Below, piece by piece: positions 14,463 to 18,936 of a stretch of DNA of 18,936 nucleotides. The notes below the pieces were generated by a model. The model was not told the origin of the DNA, ran no database searches, and saw only the letters and a program-made list of their open reading frames with translations. Made by a program: the position numbers and the translations under genes. Within the stretch, counting starts at the first letter, position 1. Every line of letters begins with the position of its first letter. This DNA comes from an archaeon (GTDB taxonomy: Archaea; Iainarchaeota; Iainarchaeia; Iainarchaeales; CSSED10-239), in the NCBI GenBank assembly GCA_035400625.1, contig DAOMZT010000005.1, positions 38,696-57,631 of the forward strand, written 5' to 3'.

Positions 14463-16139
14463 ATGGATAGAAAAAAAAACACAATTATTGCAATAATTTT
14501 TACAACATTAGTTATCGGTATTTTTATTTTAGCCTCTATTTACTTAAACAAAAATCCAACTCCCGCAGATAAAATAAACGAACAACTAAGAGCACAAAAT
14601 GCATCTTGGATTGCAAGAGATTACCCAGATGAGATTATAAATATCCCTATTGTTCAAACACAAGATGATTTTATAGAGGATGCATCAGACATACCAATAT
14701 TTAATCAAGAAACAAAAAACCAGATTTTCCCAGAACACGAAACATTTACAAAAAAGGCAGAATATAATAATAAATTAACCGCATTTTTATTTCTTAACAC
14801 ATTAGTCACTCGAAATCATAAATTACAAGACAAACTTTCTTGGAAAAAATACATACATAATTTTCAATCACAAGAAGGTTGTGGTGGCTGTAGTGCATTT
14901 GCAACAATCTCTGCATTTGAGGCATATGCTAATAAAACAAAAAATTTAAACTTAAATCTTTCTGAACAATATCTAATCTCACATATTAATTTTCAAGGTT
15001 GTTCAGGAACTAACACCGAATATTATCTAAGATTAATAACCCTTAATAATTTCAATCCTAATACTGAAAATATAAATGAGTATTTAAAACGAAAAACAAA
15101 AAATGAAATATTAAATGAAAAAGGACTCTTAAATAAAGTGAATCCTTGGGGTGTAAGAAAATTACAAACAAAAACACAAATAAGTTTAATGAATGGAGAG
15201 GTTCCATTTGGTGTGCCTTTAGAAAGTAAACTTAAATATTTATCTTATGACTCTTGTGAGATTACAAATAATAATAGCGAAACAAAATCAGGAATGAATT
15301 TAAAATTATTCCATCAAATTTATAATTATAATTATAGTATATTTGATGAAAACTTTTGCCCAGACCATGGTGATAATAAAGATCTTTTTTTGCCTCAAAA
15401 GATATCCGGTATAAACAAATATTTTATAGAAAGCTATTTTAAAATAGACAATTCAGATTGTAAGGAAAATAATTCCCAAACCGTAAAAAATATTAAAGAA
15501 GCACTAAAATACTCTCCAATAATTGGGAATACAAATAAATTTTATAACTCTATTAGAGATAATTACAAAGAAGGTGTTTGGGAGAAATTGAATGATGAAA
15601 ATCACGTGATTTTAATAATAAACAATAAAAAATATATTGTTGGTCATGCAATAGTTATTGTTGGTTGGGGCGTAGACACAACTACCGGAAAAGAATATTG
15701 GATAATAAAAAATAGCTGGGGCAAAGGTTGGGGTGATAACGGTTATTTAAATACATGGATTAATGACAAAGATCTAACTATAGAATGCTCTTCATTATAT
15801 GGTTTTTCAGGAGATGTGATTGTAAAATCAGGTGATCAAATTAACAATTTATTGCCAGTCGTTAGAGAAGAAATCGAACAAGACAAAATTAGAAAACAAG
15901 AAATTGAAAAAATAAAACAAGAAAAACTACAAAAGCAACAAGAAATTAAAAATCAAAGACCTCTACTTAATTTTCCTGACGATTTTAATCCACTTAACGA
16001 TTATTTCCAAAAAAATATAAGTTATTCAGATATGGAAAATATAATAAATAATGACTGCTTAACTATCACTACTTGTTTTTATAATAAATTATACGACTTT
16101 TTAAATACTCCTGAAACACAAGATAATAGATTAACTTAA
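14463..16139 (+). CDS. Membrane-anchored papain-family (C1A) cysteine peptidase with a C-terminal coiled-coil/Lys-Gln-rich extension
   Basis: 558-aa ORF. The N-terminal TM is [21 protein letters not shown]. The active-site block is [12 protein letters not shown] (Cys codon 14889-14891; compare papain QGSCGSCWAF). The His block is [10 protein letters not shown] and the Asn block is [17 protein letters not shown]. The C-terminus reads [30 protein letters not shown]. Confidence 0.88.
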   Translation: MDRKKNTIIAIIFTTLVIGIFILASIYLNKNPTPADKINEQLRAQNASWIARDYPDEIINIPIVQTQDDFIEDASDIPIFNQETKNQIFPEHETFTKKAEYNNKLTAFLFLNTLVTRNHKLQDKLSWKKYIHNFQSQEGCGGCSAFATISAFEAYANKTKNLNLNLSEQYLISHINFQGCSGTNTEYYLRLITLNNFNPNTENINEYLKRKTKNEILNEKGLLNKVNPWGVRKLQTKTQISLMNGEVPFGVPLESKLKYLSYDSCEITNNNSETKSGMNLKLFHQIYNYNYSIFDENFCPDHGDNKDLFLPQKISGINKYFIESYFKIDNSDCKENNSQTVKNIKEALKYSPIIGNTNKFYNSIRDNYKEGVWEKLNDENHVILIINNKKYIVGHAIVIVGWGVDTTTGKEYWIIKNSWGKGWGDNGYLNTWINDKDLTIECSSLYGFSGDVIVKSGDQINNLLPVVREEIEQDKIRKQEIEKIKQEKLQKQQEIKNQRPLLNFPDDFNPLNDYFQKNISYSDMENIINNDCLTITTCFYNKLYDFLNTPETQDNRLT

Positions 16140-16177
16140 AATCAGTGTTTCTATTTTAGGCAATCAAATAAAAAGAA

Positions 16178-16432
16178 TTAAAAACCATCTATGCCTTTGC
16201 CTTTTCTTCTCTTAAACTTAGGGCCACCAAACAAATTTGCAAAGAAACCTGGCTTTTTTAATTTTTTATCTTTTCTGACCACTCTTCTTGGGCAAAATAA
16301 TCTTTGAAAGAAATTTTGTTCATTTCTTCTTCTTGTATTTCCTACAGAAACTGCCCCTGGTTCTGGTTTTGGGATCCCACCTGTTCCATAATATGCTTCT
16401 TGAAGTATCTTATCATGATCTTGTCTTTTCAT
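16178..16432 (-). CDS. Small, very basic protein of unknown function (84 aa)
   Basis: The ATG at 16432 is preceded by GGTGA (complement of 16441-16445) with 8-nt spacing. The track's longer form starts at GTG 16444. The sequence is MKRQDHDKILQEAYYGTGGIPKPEPGAVSVGNTRRRNEQNFFQRLFCPRRVVRKDKKLKKPGFFANLFGGPKFKRRKGKGIDGF, with a repeated FFxxLF motif. No family was recognised. Confidence 0.5.
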   Translation of the reverse strand: MKRQDHDKILQEAYYGTGGIPKPEPGAVSVGNTRRRNEQNFFQRLFCPRRVVRKDKKLKKPGFFANLFGGPKFKRRKGKGIDGF

Positions 16433-16552
16433 AAATATTCTCACCTTTTTTAAAAGTAGATATATATGAATAGAAGGATATAAAAATATTATCTAAATCA
16501 AACATAGAAATTAGTCTTGTTCTCTAGTGATAATGTATCCAAAAAATAAAAA

Positions 16553-17797
16553 TTAAGGAAAATAACTCATTAATTTATCCCCTTTTGTCCTATCACTTAA
16601 TTTTATGTATTTATGTAAAAACAAATCGATTGTTTCATTTACTCTTGCATGTCTACATTTGGATAGATTACAGTTTTTAGAGTTAAATACTGTTTTCATA
16701 ACAACAGCCACGTGCTTCTTAGAAGCCCATATTTTTTTAAAACTAGATTTGTTAATATTTCCAATCTCAAAATTGTTTTCTCCAAGGTGGGGATTACAAA
16801 GATAAACATTGCCATCAGTATCTATATTTGCAATCAAACCTAAAAGAATATTCCAGCAAATCCCTGTTTTACTAATACAAGGAGTGTTTTTATTTTTTTT
16901 GATACCAGTTATGTTTTCAATTTCTTCTTGTCTAATATCAGTTTCTTTCTTTAATATATTGTATAGTCTTTTTTTCTGATCAGAATTTAATTCAACATCT
17001 TGGTATTTTAATTTTCTATTCCTGTAAGTTCTTTCTGGTTCGAAATTATTAACACATCTTAATGCAATGTCTTTAAATCCAAGATTTTTAATGTAGTTAT
17101 ATATTCTTCCAGCAAATAAATAATTTTCTCTACAAATCATTATTTTTGCAGAAACATAGGTGTTTGTATTTTTTGTAAGGCGTAATAAATCTTTTATGTT
17201 CTTTTCAAGAATCTCAAATTGATCAGAATCAGCAGGTAATCTTCCAACCATATTATATAATTTTTTAGTATCTGCAAGAATAGAAATAGACACCCAGCTT
17301 AACTTTTTAATAAATTTTTTATTATTAAATTTATCAAGATTAACTCCGTTAGTATTCATACCATAATGTAAATTATATTCAGAAACAATCTCATTTAATT
17401 TGCCTTTACAAGCAAGCAATGCTTCTCCTCCACCGACTAAAACCACTCCCTTTCCAGAAATGCTTTCAAAGTCAGAAAGCAAGCTTTTTAATTTGGCTTC
17501 TGAAATTTCAATGCCATCAGCTATGTTTATTTCATTTCTTTGTTCACTTGAACAGAAGGTGCATTTTCTATTACAATAAGGTGTTGGATTAATGCCAAGC
17601 GACCTTGGTCCGATTTTAGAATATAATTTTAAAATCGATTTTTCTAAGTCTTTAGGATTGCTTCTAATTTTCTGAATTAATTCTGTATTTGACTTAACGC
17701 CTAATATCTCTTTCAAGATTACAAGTCTTTCTTGTGTAGCATCAATTGATTTTAATGAGCTAAACCCATGATAACTTGTAAGTTCTAATTTTTTCAT
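16553..17797 (-). CDS. Radical SAM enzyme with a roughly 70-aa N-terminal helical extension and a Cys-rich C-terminal (twitch/SPASM-like) region
   Basis: 414-aa ORF. The CX3CX2C motif is YCNRKCTFCSS (codons 17552-17575). The SAM-binding GGE motif is VLVGGGEALL. The C-terminal cysteines are CISKTGIC...DGNVYLC...CNLSKC. Confidence 0.85.
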   Translation of the reverse strand: MKKLELTSYHGFSSLKSIDATQERLVILKEILGVKSNTELIQKIRSNPKDLEKSILKLYSKIGPRSLGINPTPYCNRKCTFCSSEQRNEINIADGIEISEAKLKSLLSDFESISGKGVVLVGGGEALLACKGKLNEIVSEYNLHYGMNTNGVNLDKFNNKKFIKKLSWVSISILADTKKLYNMVGRLPADSDQFEILEKNIKDLLRLTKNTNTYVSAKIMICRENYLFAGRIYNYIKNLGFKDIALRCVNNFEPERTYRNRKLKYQDVELNSDQKKRLYNILKKETDIRQEEIENITGIKKNKNTPCISKTGICWNILLGLIANIDTDGNVYLCNPHLGENNFEIGNINKSSFKKIWASKKHVAVVMKTVFNSKNCNLSKCRHARVNETIDLFLHKYIKLSDRTKGDKLMSYFP

Positions 17798-17887
17798 ATA
17801 TAAAATTCCTGCCTTTTATTTTTCTTAAAAAAATCTAAACTAAAAGCATTCTTTTTTTAAAATTCATGATTCTTAGTTTAAATTTTA

Positions 17888-18936
17888 TCAATTTTCCTTA
17901 TCAGTCTTTTCATCTGTTTTAAAAAAAGACCAATTCTCATTATTATATATTTTTGGTTGATTATCAATCATTTCTGATTGACTAGCCACTTCTGATTGGT
18001 TATCTGTAACTTCTGGTTGACTAGCCATGTCTGAGGAAGGATTTTCCACAACTTCTGGTTGAAGTGGGTTGTTAATAACATCTTTCTTTCTTCTTTGAAA
18101 CACAAAAACCAAAATAATAATTACAATACACACAACCAAACCAATAATTAGATATATAAACCAACCACTATCTTTTTTATTTTTAGTTTCTGCTTCTTCT
18201 GAGTTTTCTGATTCCTCAATTTTTTCTATTTTTTCTTCTGGTATTTCCTCTGTGTTCTGATCTTCACTAACATGTGCGTTTTCATCTGATTCTAGTAATT
18301 CCTCGTTTGTTTCTCCAGAACTTATTATGGTCTTTATAAGATTTAATTGAGATTCGGTTACTTGCCTATTTACAGAATACGTAAATTCTGTTGTGTTTTC
18401 TGAAGATAAAGTGCTTAAATCAAATTCAATTATTGGATCTTCTTTTATGACATTAAAAGATATTGTAGAATTAATATCTGATGTGGAATTTGCTATTACT
18501 TTAGGTATAATTTCAATTACTTTTAAATTTGTTAAATTTTTATCAGAAATGTTCTTTACAGACAATGTTATCTTTGATAGAAATTCTGTTTTCTTTGAAG
18601 ACAAAACAGTTTTTGTTGTTTCTAATTTTCTCTTAATTTCATATTGGTTACGATTATTTAGGGTATATTTTTCTAAATTAATATCATCATAAGACAAATT
18701 ATTATCTTCTAAAATTTCTTGAACATTTTCTGGAGATGGGATTTCAATATTTGTTGTTATTGAATTATTAGTAACTATTGGATAGGATTTTGTAGGGCCA
18801 GACCCTCCTCCTGATGGTGGAGAAGATTTGGATTCTTCAAATTTAGCAACAACAGTTATGTTATTATTAACATTAGTGTCAGTACGTGGGTTCTGGGTAG
18901 AGTTATCACTCCATTTTACAAAATGATAGCTACTAT
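17888..18936 (-). CDS. Type I membrane surface protein, 5'-truncated by the window edge (the ORF stays open beyond the track's TTG at 18697)
   Basis: Hand translation of the minus strand from 18934 to 18698 in the same frame finds no stop. It reads ..SSYHFVKWSDNSTQNPRTDTNVNNNITVVAKFEESKSSPPSGGGSGPTKSYPIVTNNSITTNIEIPSPENVQEILEDNN, continuing into LSYDDINLEKY... The Y.F..W...ITVVAKF pattern resembles a Listeria-Bacteroides (Flg_new) repeat. Downstream come an acidic stalk, the TM helix WFIYLIIGLVVCIVIIILVFVF, RRKK, and a repeat-containing cytoplasmic tail. Confidence 0.75.
   Translation of the reverse strand, partial: SSYHFVKWSDNSTQNPRTDTNVNNNITVVAKFEESKSSPPSGGGSGPTKSYPIVTNNSITTNIEIPSPENVQEILEDNNLSYDDINLEKYTLNNRNQYEIKRKLETTKTVLSSKKTEFLSKITLSVKNISDKNLTNLKVIEIIPKVIANSTSDINSTISFNVIKEDPIIEFDLSTLSSENTTEFTYSVNRQVTESQLNLIKTIISSGETNEELLESDENAHVSEDQNTEEIPEEKIEKIEESENSEEAETKNKKDSGWFIYLIIGLVVCIVIIILVFVFQRRKKDVINNPLQPEVVENPSSDMASQPEVTDNQSEVASQSEMIDNQPKIYNNENWSFFKTDEKTDKEN

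Noticed and set aside
11806-18692. Other antisense track ORFs (11806..12135, 13032..13274, 13295..13618, 16605..16805, 18393..18692)
   Set aside because: Each overlaps a better-supported gene on the opposite strand and has hydrophobic, low-complexity composition. 13295..13618 mirrors the Lys-rich gene, so AAA codons read as Phe-rich (TTT) sequence.

Overview
AT-rich (about 70% A+T by eye), densely coding 18.9-kb chromosomal segment with no rRNA, CRISPR array, transposase or integrase. It most likely comes from a small-genome DPANN-type archaeon. Supporting this: tRNA-Val and tRNA-Leu have archaeal/eukaryal-style D-arms and no encoded CCA, AspRS is the short archaeal type, TTTAAATA TATA-like boxes sit about 26 nt upstream of start codons, and oligo-T tracts follow genes. 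A CPR bacterium cannot be excluded from this window alone. Housekeeping content: a thrS / small Rossmann-like gene / aspS operon, an EndoIII-related HhH-GPD glycosylase, a GNAT acetyltransferase and a GGCT-like enzyme. The rest is rich in envelope and secreted proteins. Both window edges carry partial surface proteins with bacterial-style adhesin modules. There is also a membrane-anchored papain-family (C1A) protease, a membrane-tethered winged-helix regulator with small membrane partners, and a radical SAM enzyme followed by a small, very basic protein. The most striking feature is a 1570-aa secreted protein (6264..10976, minus). It fuses a roughly 880-aa unrecognisable N-terminal region to three peptidoglycan-active modules: NlpC/P60-like, YkuD L,D-transpeptidase and GH73-like glucosaminidase. 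This is unexpected if the genome is archaeal and suggests a weapon or attachment factor aimed at a bacterial cell wall. All domain calls come from motif recognition by eye; no searches were run.
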